Shown in pieces: positions 21,770-34,536 of a stretch of DNA of 64,000 bases (position 1 is the stretch's first letter; the number at the start of each line of letters is the position of its first letter). The position numbers and the translations under genes are program-made. The DNA lies in assembly GCA_002269645.1 (NCBI GenBank), contig NIVC01000665.1, positions 310,001 through 374,000 of the forward strand, in the 5' to 3' direction. The notes below the pieces were generated by a model that searched no databases, was not told where the DNA came from, and worked only from the letters and a program-made list of their open reading frames with translations. Source of the DNA: Macrostomum lignano (taxonomy: Eukaryota).

Positions 21770-22320
21770 TACTTGAATCTTTATCCAGTACCTGAATCTT
21801 TATCCAGTACCTGAATCTTTATCCAGTACCTAAATCTTTATCCAGTACCTGAATCTTTATCCAGTACCTGAATCTCTATCTAGTACCTAAATCTTTATCC
21901 AGTACCTGAATCCCTATCTACCACCTGAATCTCTATCCAGTACCTAAATCTTTATCCAGTACCTGAATCCCTATCTACCACCTGAATCTCTATCCAGTAC
22001 CAAAATCTTTATCCAGTACCTAAATCTCTATCCAGTACCTAAATCTCTATCCAGTACCTAAATCTTTATCGAGTACCTAAATCTCTATCCAGTACCTAAA
22101 TCTTTATCCAGTACCTGAATCTCTATCCAGTACCTAAATCTTTATCCAGTACCTGAATCCCTATCTACCACCTGAATCTCTATCCAGTACCTAAATCTTT
22201 ATCCAGTACCTAAATCTTTATCCAGTACCTAAATCTCTATCCAGTACCTAAATCTTTATCCAGTACCTGAATCTCTATCTAGTACCTGAATCCCTATATA
22301 CTACCTGAATCTCTATCTAC
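21770..22320. repeat. 19-bp minisatellite (ccagtacctgaatctttat)
   Basis: About 29 variant copies. Confidence 0.95.
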
Positions 22321-22725
22321 AACCGGAGTCTCTATCCAGCACTAGTGTAAACTATGAAGACAAGACGAATACTAAATTTGACTGTCGGGAAATAAAATAA
22401 AAAAGTCGACCGCATCGCAGTTCTTGAGTTTTTTTCTCTGACACACAAGACCAACAAGAGCATCTGTTCACGTTTCGAACTTCTGAGCTCGAATTTCCAA
22501 GGAAAATATTGTCTCAGAGCGCTCAACTTTTATAATCAAACAGGACTGAATGGCGATGAAGTAAGAAACAATTAGCATATTTCTTCAAAGCAAAGACATA
22601 AATTTGATCATTTATAAAGTTCAAAAGTAAATATTGATGGGTACATAAATATACTAAGACTTACCATGGCTAAAACTTACATGTTAATAAACAAAGCATT
22701 GACAGTATATTTAATTAATCATCAC

Positions 22726-25700
22726 TTAAACACAATCGGAAATCGAGACTGGGTTCTCGTGCTCACTCTGCCGGGGTGCGCCGTTCTCTGACACTCGGGT
22801 GTGACCGAGCTTCTGCTGCAGAGCGATGGCCAGGTACACCAACAGCTCTATCAGCTCGCATGCCGTCAGGACCGACACCCCCGACCACAGACCGAGAGCA
22901 CCTGGTGGATGGGGAACAGATGATGTCAATTTTTCCCCAGCCCTTGCATCAGAGCAAGTCACAGCCTAAAATTTTTAACCAAGCACAGATGAGCTCGGCT
23001 ACAGACACGTGCACACTGCGCCCTGGGGTCGTCCTTACGTGAATCGAAATTTTCGTGTACCAGACATTGGCATGGGAGTCTAAAGCGTAAACAACTGAGC
23101 CAAAACAGCCGGTCTAGTTATTGAGACATGAATATTTTGGAATACCGTGACTGACTGACACAATTTGACTTCTATCAATTTGACTGCCGATAACATTTGA
23201 CTACCGACGATTTAGGTCAGGTCTAGGGTTAGAATTGGGGTCAGCAGTCAACTCGCTGCAGTCAATTGTCGTAGACTCATCCATTGTAAGGAGCTGAGTC
23301 ACTTGATCTCTATTTGCCCATACATTTCCCAAACTAAATCTATACCAGGTGGCTTGTTGCAACTCTTCTGACTTACCGCCTAAATCAGCCAATAGGTTCT
23401 TGCTTGTGTACGAAGGCTCCTCCTTGATCTCCTGACCGTACAGACTCGAAGCCTGCACAGTAACTCTGACAAAGTTTTTTTCAATCAGACTGAGATTTTC
23501 TGTGAGCTCCTTGACGGCCGTTGCCTTGTTAATACTGCCGTCTACAGAGGTGTCCATCTGGCTCACCAGTCTGGAGAAATAGTGCAGTCCAAATAGAGTT
23601 GAAATCCCCTCGGAGCCGAGAAAGTTGTTCGGATAATTCCAATCGAAGAGGTGGCTCTGGAAGAAATCGTGAGCATTCAGCGTGGATATCTCTGGCCACC
23701 GATAGCTGGCCAGCTTCACAGAGTAGCTGCGAGTTTCGCACAGGGGGACGCAGGCTTGGCGAGCGCTTTTCTGCAGTGAGGCCAGCTGTTCAATGTGGCT
23801 CTGGTAGCACTGCTCCACTGAGCCAATGCCCTCTAGCGAGGTCACATTGAAGCACTGTTTGACCTCGGGCGGGAATGCGCCCACTCGGACAGGCAGGAAC
23901 AGCGGGAGGCAGCTGCAGTTCTCAAGGAATCGGCGCGCAACGAACTCGTCTATGCAGTCGTCCACAGTGCTGGCTGCGAATCGCATGGTCGGGCTGATTG
24001 CCGATCTGAAACCGGTTAAAGATTGGCTCAGTAATGAAAAATTCCAGGACATTTTTGGTTATAAATTTTTCTGAAATCGATCACATAGATTCGTATAGGA
24101 CTAGTATATAGGACTAGCAAGCAGCGAAAATTCTTTACTTTTGACACAAGATCGACCTAAATTTGCGATGCTTAACAAATCTCTCGATCGATTTTTGTTG
24201 ACAACCGTTTGATTTTAGCTAGCAAAAGTAGCTGAATTAATATGCAAAGGGGATGTCAACTTAAGCACCAGAATGGAGCCCGAAGTTCAGCTCCGGCCCA
24301 AACCGACTGCAATCGATAACTTGTCGGGCCAGACGACTAGAATCGCCGAGACATCCCATCCGGCTCCCTTCCTTGGGGTCCCAGGGGATAAAGGGGATAA
24401 AATGGCGATTCTAGTCGTCTGGGCCGACAAGTTATCGATTGCAGTCGGTTTGGGCCGGAGCTGAACTTCGGGCTTCATTCTGGTGCTTAAGTTGACATCC
24501 CCTTTGTTTTTTAGAGTTTCTTTACAGCTATAGGGCGAGTATTTCAGTAGCTAAGTGAAAGCTCTAATATTTTAGAAGTCTACTTTTCAAAGACGCACCT
24601 TCCGTTGGTTTGTCCTTCGAGCATTTCACGAAGCAGATCCGTCCTCTCCATCCAATCGGAGGCTGATTGAAATGCTGTATAGTTCACATTCTCTCTGTAA
24701 TTCGTTTTGTAGCATTTCTGGAGTAATCCTTTGGAAGTAGTTGAAAAATAGATATTGGCAGGAGGGCTGCAAGCCCCGACGTGGCACAACTCTATCGACG
24801 AATTGTACAGCCAGCGGGGAGGCAATTCTGCCATTCGCCAATACTGTACGCATAGGGTGTACACCCGCCCTGACTCTAATCGTCAGGTATGTGCACTATC
24901 TGTGGCCTGAACTTGATGACTGAGAGCAGGGGGCCGTAGCCCAGCGGTCTAGCGCAGGTTCTGGTGTGCCAGCGACCCAGGCTCGATTCCAAGTGCAGTC
25001 ACATTAATTTGGGGCTGAATTGGAATCTCGGCTTGGCTCTGCTCGTGCAATTAACGGCTTTGACAGCCAACCCCCCAAGGCGCAGTGAAGTGTACATGCC
25101 TAACGATAATATAAAGTTAGGGCCGCTGTACACTCCTGTGTGAGTGTGTGCCTGCGTACGTATCCGCGCGCTTGTATGCCTGCTCAGGGGAGTCGGCGGA
25201 ATGGGCAGTAATGCCTCTCGCCGGTTGTGTGCCTATGTCGCTTAAAGTGCGCCAGGGTGCACAAAATCCCCTGCCTCTAATAAAAAAAAGATGATCGAGA
25301 GCAATGGGCACCGCAGCTCACCTTCTATTCTTATCAAACAGCCGAAGCGAGGACTTCCAATTCGGCAGAACGTATTCCACAGGCTGGGCCGAGGCAGCGC
25401 ATTCTTTACCGGTCAGCTTCGAGTATCGAACGGTTCGATCGTATCGGATCATGAGCCTCATGTGCTGGCCAGGACCCACGGTGACTGTGTCTTGAGGCCT
25501 GGGATATTGCCCCGGTGGCACTATAATCACCTGTAGATATAGAAATAGTTGTGCTATTGACTGGATTTTACTGGGGATTGAGCTTAATAATGTCAGGTTT
25601 CTTGCATGCAGCAGTAGTCTTTCTATTATTGCTTTCATTTCAGCTCACTTGTCCCAACGGGTCAACAAAGAAGTAAAAGAAAATTAAAATGACCCGCAAT

Positions 25701-28700
25701 TTATTCATTTTGAATAGTCCTTGATAAAAATGACCTGACTACATCCTGGGTTATATCGAAGATAAATGTGTTTAAAAGTTTTTTTGAATTTTACTGACCT
25801 TCATCGCTACTTTCTCGTCAGCTTCCAGTGCCCAGTGCGAAAGCGCGTTAGTCAGGAGTTTCGTGCCAGCGAACTGGCGGCCGCGACTGTCCGTCGCATC
25901 CGTGAAGTAGTTAATCACGAGTTCTGTGTCGTCGACATTAGAAGATTCTGAGTTAATTAACCTGGCTCCGCCCTGATTGAACCGATGGCAGACGCCCAGA
26001 TTCGGATGATGCAGTGTTGTGAAGTTTTCCATGCGGCAGCGGCGACGACCGAGGCGGCAACCGCTGAGTCCGATGCCCAGGTTGCTGCCGAACCTGCTGA
26101 GTAGCAGCTCGGCTCCAACTCGGCTCATTACAACAGAATACTGACAGCCGAGAACATTGTCTGCATAAATAGTTTTTAATGGAACATTAAGTCTGAAAGC
26201 TATCTGAGCCCAACCTAAACTCACTACGGAGAATGTCTTAGGCTACCTTAGAATTTCCTAAATCGAAGTCTTCCTGCCTAAAAGTGCAAGAAACTGCTAA
26301 AAGCGCATTTTTAGCTAAGAGACGATAGAGAGCAGAAATGGGAGACAAGAGAGGAGAGGAGAAGAGATGAGACGAGAGAGAGAGGGGAGAGAGAATATGG
26401 GAGAGAGAAACGAGAAGAGAGTGGAGAGATTAGAGAGGAGAGATGAGAGATCGTTTCAAAAGCCCCAAATTATAATGTTGTACACCGATCCGAATCCAAT
26501 GTACTTTTATTTTCAGTCGTTGCCCCAGCGTTTAATTTATTTGTCTGTGTCACAAGCAGCTACCGACTGACTCTATTAAGGCTTGCCTCGACTTATATCG
26601 TTCTAAACAAAATATAAATGCAACTTAAGCCACGCTCTTCGGCTCAACGCAGTGTCAACGCATAAAACGCAACATTCAATTTATCACGAATTTACTCTAA
26701 GCTTTTTTACCTCTATCCTAACTTAACGACTACTAGACACTAAGTGTTCGTAGTAGTCCTTGTTCTAACTACTCGTATTCACAAGTTTTTGTCGTAGCAT
26801 GGCTTCAGATTTAAGGTACAAAGAAAAACAAAACATTTGTTGTGCAATCGTGCCCTTTCTCGCCCTCCTGCCCCGCCCCAACCCTCCAGTCTGCCCCACC
26901 CCTCCAATCAATAATCAATGCGTACGCCGATCACGCCACCCCGCCCCACCTCCCCTGCTGTACCGTACATTTGTTCTTAAGGTATATTCATGTACGCGTA
27001 GGACCAATGAAAAATATATAGTCGCTGTCTGGAGGGCAGACTCCTCCCTTGCGCGCGTTGGTCCGCCTCCGTTGGCTATTGACTAAAACGACTCGTCGAT
27101 CTACCATAAAAAGTGCACGGCGAACTGCATCGGCTACGGTGTGTAAGTTCGTGTTCGCGATTTACTGTCCTTTTTCTGCTTCTCCCTAGGGCGCGGGACG
27201 GGAGCTCTGACTGGGGACCTGGGGGTCGCAGCTTCCCGACAGGTTAAAGCTGTAGGCGTTGCTCCGGAGGACGGGGCTCACAACACATTAGAAATAGTAG
27301 AAATACTTTAGAAATAGTTCCGGGGATTGAAATTCAAGCGGGTAAAATACCCGAGGGTTTCAACAGCTTGTCTTTTATAAGATCCCGGGTTTACGCTCTG
27401 TCCCGCTAAAAAAGCAATGGCAGCTGCTGACTGGCCTTGCAGCAACCCTCCTGGCTTACAGCAGAGCGGAATGCTGCAGTGTCCGATGCGGGCCTCGCCA
27501 GACTTTGCATAGGCGCAAGCAGCGCTGGAGAACTCGTGGATCTTGCGGCTGAAATGAAAAAATACAACTTCTGCTTAACGATATTTAACAGATGCACGGT
27601 GGGGATCGACTCCCTCGTTAGGCCGGTTCGATTCTGTGTGGGTGTTAGCAAAGCCGTGGTTGCACAAAGCCAGCCGTGATCCTGCCTCCCCGGTGTTGAG
27701 AATGCGGAGCACTTCATCTGTGAATGCCCGTTCTTTACTCAGGACAGGCTCACCTACTTCGGCCCAAACTCGTACCCTTGGAAATTTTCAGGCCCGAGAA
27801 TCTCTGCCAGCTCGTCCGCTACCTAAGGGCTATCAAGCGAGCGACCACCCCCTCCTGGACTCTCCGAAGGGGGACCACGCTGCTGTCACCGGCACCTCCG
27901 GATCTCCCTGCGCGACACCGCAGCACGAGCTGCCCGTGGTCCCCAGGGGTTAGCGTAATGGGCGTCGACGCCTCCCCGCTGCATCCAGATGCCCGCAGCC
28001 ACCTGCGCCTGAGTCAAGTCCAACAACCATTCTCTAAGTTTTTATTAGAGGCAGGGGGCTTTGTGCACCATAACACACTTTAGGCGACATTGTCACACAA
28101 CCGGCAAGAGATTACTGCCATTCCGCCGACTCCCCTGAGCAGGCACACAAGCGTGTGGATACGTACGCAGTCATACGCACAGGCACACACTCACACAGGA
28201 GTGTACAGTGGCCCAGACTTTATTTATCGTTAGGCATGTACACTTCACTGTGCTTTGGGGGTCGGCCCTCAAGGGCGTCAATTGCAGGAGCAGACCCGAG
28301 CTAAGATTTCAGTTAAGTCCCAGATAAATGTGAAATTTGAAATCGAGCCTGGGCTATAGAATTTGTATAGACATGAATACGCCGAATAAAAAAATCAACT
28401 TTCACCTTTCAACTTTCAACTATCACCCATCGATCGAAATGAGTTTGGCTGAAGCTGCAACCATTTTCTACATTGTTGTTTGACCCAAAACTTGTCTGGA
28501 CAGGGTCCTGAGATTTGCTGTCTTTTTTAATATAGTCTGTGGACTGTACCATAGTTTGGAAGACTTTGAAATCACATGTAAGAGTACATTCCCGACTCGC
28601 ATGTAAGAGTACACCCCCGACTCACATGTAAGAGTACACTCCCCGACTCACATGTAAGAGTACACTCCCGACTCGCATGTAAGAGTACACTCCCCGACTC

Positions 28701-31564
28701 ACATGTAAGAGTACACTCCCGACTCGCATGTAAGAGTACACTCCCGACTCACATGTAAGAGTACACCCCCGACTCAAACTCGTAGACAATCAAGTCAGCG
28801 ACCAGGCGAACGGCTCGGCAGTGGTTATAGGGCAGCGGGCTGCAGTCTCTCATTTGGTAGTCTGGCGTCTCTACGTCCAGACTCACCACTCGAGCTAAAC
28901 TCGAAGCGGAGGGCATAAAAATGAATTCAATGGAATTTGAAATTGAATGTTAAAAAACTCGTCTACTGTCAGGTGAGTTTCTTACCTACTCTATTCGCAG
29001 AGTAGCTGATGTCCCAGGTGTAGTTCAAATTCCCGGAAAGCACAAGCACCCTGAAGCTGCGCCAGTCCATGCAGCCTTCGCCGCTTTCCGTAAAGTTCAC
29101 GAAGCCGGAGTACCTCGCCATTTGAAGGTCGTCTGCTTGAGAAGCATCATTTGTCCGCAGACAGTCGTTGTTATGCGAAATTTCTGAAGCCCAAAATTGT
29201 TTTATTGGATTTTGAGGGGCTGCTCTGTTTAGAGTACACAATATTTGAATGCACTCGTGTCCTCACGGCAGTAGGGTATGTTGCAGTAGGACGCAGACAG
29301 ACTGTTTCTGGCGTCCCTAGAAAAGCAGTACGGCCCATTGCTCAGGCCTGCCAGGTTGGGCCTGAACGGCAGTACGAAACCCGGTACGCTGCCTGAGTGA
29401 AAACAGAGTGAACGTCAAGCTGAGGAATTCTCCACTTATCCTCGGTACTATTCATGGCTTACCAAGAGCAATGACTCTGTACACAGACAAGTAGGCTTCG
29501 CTTCCATCGCCTCCGCCACAGATTTGGTTGAGATGTCCCGGACACTTTTCAGTGCAAGAATTGTCCGCGTTGGTATCGAGGTCATCTTTCCGGTCAGAAA
29601 CTATTCGATCGGAGCAATAGCAAGCGAACCGATGCACCCCGGCGTAAGGAAACTGCTTGTTGTAGCAGCACTGCCGGCACATGGTCACCGTCATGACATT
29701 GAACTTGGTCTCAATGCAAGTTTCATTCTCCTGCCAGGCCCTCAGTCCAATGCAACCGACGAACTCCGATACCGGATCTGCCATTTTTTACGACTGTGGT
29801 GTCATGACAAAGCTGAAAGCTTGAATAGCCATACTGTGACCAAACAACTCACAGGTAAAATTTTGCTTTAGAGCCGTCAACGGCAGATTGGGAGGCTGCC
29901 TGCAGCTGCGGTCGGTGTCAGCGAAGCCTGCACTGAAAACTCTGCCAGCCAGCTGGTCCAGGCCTGCAGCTCGCAGCTCCCTAGCGGCCTCGTTCCAGCC
30001 GATGCAGCTGCTGAGTGTCACATGGGGTTTGGCTGGCGCAGTCGTGAGGGCGACATTCCTGAATTCTACAAAGAGACTTTCGTAGACGGGGACCACGGAG
30101 AGGCTGCCTGTGTATTCTTCGCCAGCCGCTGTGACACGACAGGTGTCGCTAGAAGCTGGAGAGAGGCGTGTCGGCGCGAGAATATTTCTATGGCGAGTTT
30201 TGAGAATCAAAACAGAAATAGGCATAGGGTCGAAAATTTGGTTTGTTGAAACATCTTATGAGCTTTTATGGTAAAATAGACTTATTTTATGCTCTCCCTA
30301 AATGGGATGTCAAATTAAGCACCGGAATGCAGTCTAAAGTAAAGCGGAACAAAACCAACTGGAATCAAACTGGCTGGCATGTCATGTCTAGTCCGGAGCT
30401 TTGCTTGTAAGTCCATTGTGTTGCTTAATTAACCCGGCATTCCTTTCGATGCCTGCCTGCACTGTTTAAAGCGAGCGGCCCCGTGTCGTCATTCGGCCGC
30501 GCACCGATACTAAAATTATGCGTCCGATGCTGTAAACATAAACGCTGTTTACAGCATCGGAAAACAAAGCATCATGGAGTTTATGAGTATCAACTGAAAT
30601 CATTTTCTGCTCTGGTTCTGGATGTTAGGTTGATTCACTAGCTCACATTTTTGTTCAAGAGTCTTGACTGCCTTTCTGCTCTCGACATGTGAATGGAATA
30701 ATAACATTGATTCCTTTGTGAATTTGTGATCCTTCTACAAAGTAGGATACACTGCCACTCAAATGATTGATTGCTAGGATGGAAAGTAAAATTGATTCTT
30801 TGGATAATTGGATCAGTTTCTCGACCTTTTAGACTATAGTTTTGTTTTATTACTACAAGCCCGTCAGGCACTCGTCACACCAAACATACCCTTCAGTTGA
30901 CGACCAATACTGGCACGAGAAATTCTAAGTTTAGATGAACTTACAACGCGCTCTTATTGAGGTTTACCTCCTCGAAATTACGAGCTTAGACAGGGAAAAT
31001 GTGTCTAAGAAAACATAAATGCAGCTTAGTCCAGTTGATCTTCATTCAATTCAACTTCAATAGAATTTTCTCACTTGTATTGCCATATTGCAGCTCGTTC
31101 AGGACGGCCTCCTCTGCAGAGATGACAGTATTGAGCAGAGCCTCTGTGCTAGCACTGTAGCTGACTTTAGAATTGATCTCGAACAGTAATTTTCTCAGAA
31201 CGCACTCGCTGCTGCAAAGACTGTTTCTTAATATTTCGTTGGTGTCAATTGGTGAGGCCAGCCGGCTCATGGTCACGGTGTCTGTTGGGCAGATGTACAC
31301 GTCGGGAAACTCGAACGGCAGTGAGGTGGATAGGCTGGTGGAGAGCGGCACGCTCGCGAAATGTAGGCCCAGAGTGTATATGTGGTAGGTGAACCCGCCG
31401 TAGGTGCCCAGCAGGAAGCAGAGCCACAGGGTTTTGCCGAAGGTGCTGGCCTGGGCCCCGAATCTGCCCAGTCCGTGGGCGGTGGTGTAGTTGCAGAACT
31501 GCGTCAAGGAGCTGCGGACTCCGTCACTGGACTGGGAAGATTTCTCCAAGCCCGATTTCTCCAT
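22726..31564 (-). CDS. DEG/ENaC paralog C with an extracellular Kringle(WSC)-Kringle insertion, about 1010 aa
   Basis: Exons (minus) 31564-31075, 30155-29853, 29777-29463, 29392-29267, 29183-28986, ~28563-28427 (tentative), 27548-27460, 26160-25799, 25530-25322, 24005-23377 and 22901-22726. Intron positions and phases match gene B except for one unresolved junction after the tentative exon. TTAHG, TM1, palm, thumb and TM2 [26 protein letters not shown] are present. Confidence 0.87.
24245..24506. mobile_element. Palindromic MITE, 262 bp
   Basis: Near-perfect inverted arms of about 105 bp (caaaggggatgtcaacttaagcaccagaat... / ...attctggtgcttaagttgacatcccctttg). A degenerate relative lies near 30300-30440. 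No TSD was recognised. Confidence 0.8.
24929..25289 (+). mobile_element. Full-length tRNA(His)-derived SINE, family 1, with TSD
   Basis: A-box TAGCCCAGCGG, CTGGTGTGCCAG anticodon-like arm (GTG), B-box GGCTCGATTCC and an A-rich tail. It is flanked by a near-identical 14-mer: gatgactgagagca (24915-24928) and gatgatcgagagca (25290-25303). Confidence 0.85.
27690..28015 (+). mobile_element. 3' fragment of a non-LTR retrotransposon (same family as 1860-2150)
   Basis: [24 protein letters not shown] is the ExxEHxxxxCP C-terminal zinc-knuckle motif of LINE ORF2. Confidence 0.65.
28039..28357 (-). mobile_element. SINE family 1 copy
   Basis: tttttattagaggcagggg tail and a body matching 7119-7464. Confidence 0.75.
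28575..28775. repeat. 25-26-bp minisatellite (catgtaagagtacactcccgactca)
   Basis: About 8 copies, abutting the tentative exon 6 acceptor of gene C. Confidence 0.92.
29267..30155 (-). other. Kringle1-N / WSC / Kringle1-C exons of gene C
   Basis: CRVTAAGEEYTGSLS...SCIGWNE...RSCRQPP (30155-29853); FVGC...MCRQCCY...ACYCS...SCTEKCPGHLNQICGG...LSVY (29777-29463); GPYCFSRDARNSLSASYCNIPYC (29392-29267). Confidence 0.85.
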
Positions 31565-33099
31565 GAACTCCCCCTATTATTGATTCTGATCACGCGCGAA
31601 TCGATATCTCATTTGCGCTGAAATATATTTCAAGCCAAGCAGTTCACAGTGAGGTATCGAAATAGTGTGATTCCGACACGCAGACACATTAGTTTTGGAG
31701 TCTGTGGACACAAAGATCGCATGGTTCCACTACCCAAAAGCTTCAAGCGACAAAATAACAAACCGAAGCTCATGTAGAAAAGATAGAAGATAAAGATAAA
31801 ATCTGCTTAAACTGGCTAGTCGCAATAGAGTTTGGATAGGACTCACCTTCCGGAGCTTATTCCGAGAAATTAGTCATACTGTTACACTGGGAGTGCAGAG
31901 ATGCCTGCCAGCCTGCCAATATTTAGCATTTCCCAAAGGCATTCAATAAGCTCAACCTTGTGCAGCAGATGCTGCCTGATTAATTGGCTGATGCCTCGTC
32001 CATCTACCTCAACCGTACCGTTGATTGGGCTGGGAGATTTTGAGTCCTTAATCAGTTATAATTTTTTTTCTGAGAGAGTGGCAGTTAGGAGTGGCAAACT
32101 ACCATCATCCCTGTGCATAGTCAGGCGGTACCCCTCGTACTGCATATTGAAATTTACAGACTTAACAACCATGGATGCTTAAAGCTAGAAATCTGGAAGG
32201 GAAACCTGGACAGCTCTGACCTGACCACTGGATACGCATTTTCAACGAATTTAAGTCAATGAAATTCTCCATTTACACACAAGAGATGGACCGTAAATTT
32301 CAAAAGCATATCGAAAATCGTTTTTTTGTAATCGAAACCCATTTTAAAGCTGGATAACCTATCCACAACTCCATTCATCACAAGCATTATAATTTTACGA
32401 GTTTATAAAACGTAAGAAATCTTATCAATCTATAAATTATAACAAAGCAAAAATCCGATTAGCTATAGAAAGTTTATTTAGCGTCAAATAACTCTCAGGT
32501 AGTTGTTCGAGTATGGTACACAGCTCTTGGTTGAGTGCAGATGGGCAAATTACAAAAATACAGAAAACGATTTTGAGACTGCCGCCCCAGATTCTAAAAT
32601 TAATTGGGCTGACGCATCCGGGAGACTGGGACGCACAGTCACATCTCTGGTGGGCGTCAGCCGCTCAGTGAGGAACTGTCCGGTATAGGTGAGCATATTA
32701 AACTATTTTAATAGAAGCCATTTTATCTAACTAAGAGATTTTTCCATACCCTGCGCAGGCCCAACTCTGCATCCCTCCCTGTCTCTTTAGTAATTAAATA
32801 ATATTTATAGCCCCGTGGGTTTCGGTCCATCTACCAGTCTGTTTGGGCGTGGTCGATAATGATTCAGTTCTACAAGCTGCAAGCTGAGCCTGGTAGACGA
32901 AGTAGCTCTCAGTCCTGAAAACACAAACAAATGAGTTGGCTACAGATAATCTGTCTGAAGACTTTTCTCATCCGAGCTTGAAACGATTCGATTTTAAACT
33001 TAAAGATGTACACTTCACTGCCACTCCTTCACAAAGAACAGAACAAAGAGCTGGCGAAAGCTAAAAAGAGGGCACAGAGCCTGCCCAAAGCCGAAGCCA

Positions 33100-33342
33100 G
33101 AGACAGGCTGTGCTCCGAGTACTGATGCCCGCCTCGCAGAGACAGGCTGTGCTCCGAGTACTGATGCCCGCCTCGCAGAGACAGGCTGTGCTCCGAGTAC
33201 TGATGCCCGCCTCGCAGAGACAGGCTGTGCTCCGAGTACTGATGCCCGCCTCGCAGAGACAGGCTGTGCTCCGAGTACTGATGCCCGCCTCGCAGAGACA
33301 GGCTGTGCTCCGAGTACTGATGCCCGCCTCGCAGAGACAGGA
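33100..33342. repeat. 39-bp minisatellite
   Basis: About 6 perfect copies of gagacaggctgtgctccgagtactgatgcccgcctcgca. Confidence 0.95.
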
Positions 33343-33921
33343 CTTTAACTGCGAGTCTAGTTAGCGAGACACCTTGACGTTTGGTGATCTGATAAACAAT
33401 TGACGGAAGTAAACAGACCCTGCTGCGACAGCCTCAAATGATCGCAGCGGATGTGGTCTTGCAGTGACGCAACGGGCTGAAGCGGGTGGCCGGGTGTCGG
33501 TGCTGGCAGCAGCAGTCTGTTCGTCCCTGTCAAACTGCATGGTTAGTTTTCCCGTGGCGGAAATTGAGCAGCAGACCTTCTTTACACCTTGACGGCGAGC
33601 TCAAACGCAGGCGCATCAACGCAAGGACGACTTGAGTAGAAGGACGGGAAACCTCGTTTCTTAGAAAATTTTAGAAGGCAGGTTTTCCCGAAAAAAATAC
33701 ACTACGGAGATAGGAAGTTTTCATTTTTCAGCACAAAAGTTGCTATTGCTTTCGATAGGAGGCAGACCCAGTGTTCATCTTTTGATATGTTGTGCCTTTC
33801 TTATTGCTCTATCGATATTAATAAAGCTTTTCGTTCAGAAAATTAGGATTCTATGTTAATTTTTTATTCCGATCCTATATTAAATCGGATAGAGCAATGA
33901 ATCGGATCAAATCTGTTTATC

Positions 33922-34088
33922 CCGGCTATTCGGGATAAACAGATGAAGCATCAGTTTGCACAGATACAGATAGAGAATCACTGAGTCGACGCCTCATCCT
34001 CCGGCATTGGCGACGGCGGCCTGACGGTTGGCGACGCCTCGCCGGAGAATTTGCCCTCGCCTTCGCCTTCTGCGCCCGCCGTTTTTGT
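33922..34088 (-). pseudogene. Orphan copy of the ECM29 3' end
   Basis: Near-identical to 36080-36249 (last ~35 codons, stop and 3' UTR), with one 3-nt indel. Confidence 0.85.
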
Positions 34089-34536
34089 ACTATGTTTAGT
34101 AAAAATTCGTTTGCAAATATAGGACACTTATTCGACATTTATTAATAAAGCACTGCAACAGTTATAATATACTGTGTAATATTGTTGTAATAATTCAAAA
34201 ATCTATGAAAGGAAAAGTAAGGTTGCTTTTTAAAACGGCTCGAAAAAGCGCTCGAATAAGCAAAAATATGAATTTGACAATTTTAGAACTCAGCTCTTTA
34301 GGTGACTGGCGTAAGTAACTGTTGTGTCGTGACAAGGAAGGGCTTAAAAGGGCCGTTTTGCTAAATAACAAGCTTATGTTTATTTAGGGTATCTTTCTTA
34401 CTACTCTACTATAAGTAGGCTTTTACGTAAATTTTTTGAAAATATATAATAATTTTTGTGTCGCCAAAATTATCGATCGTGTAATAATTATTGCTCGGAT
34501 TCAAATAGAAGCGCGGGGTTTTCAAACTGAGTGAAA

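Larger units (their letters stand above)
27460..29183 (-). other. Kringle 2 exons of gene C
   Basis: DCLRT...ARYSGFVNFTESGEGCMDW (29183-28986); tentative ...NVENGCSF... (~28563-28427); ACAYAKSGEARIGHCSIPLC (27548-27460). Confidence 0.7.

Noticed and set aside
24929-25005. tRNA-His-like and tRNA-Val-like sequences (also at 5800, 21362 and others)
   Set aside because: The acceptor stems are not intact and each continues into a shared repeat body with a tail or TSD, so they are SINE heads rather than tRNA genes.
30524-30560. 14-bp perfect hairpin (ccgatgctgtaaac...gtttacagcatcgg)
   Set aside because: It is isolated, with no CTRR Helitron end or other supporting structure recognised; likely a TE remnant.
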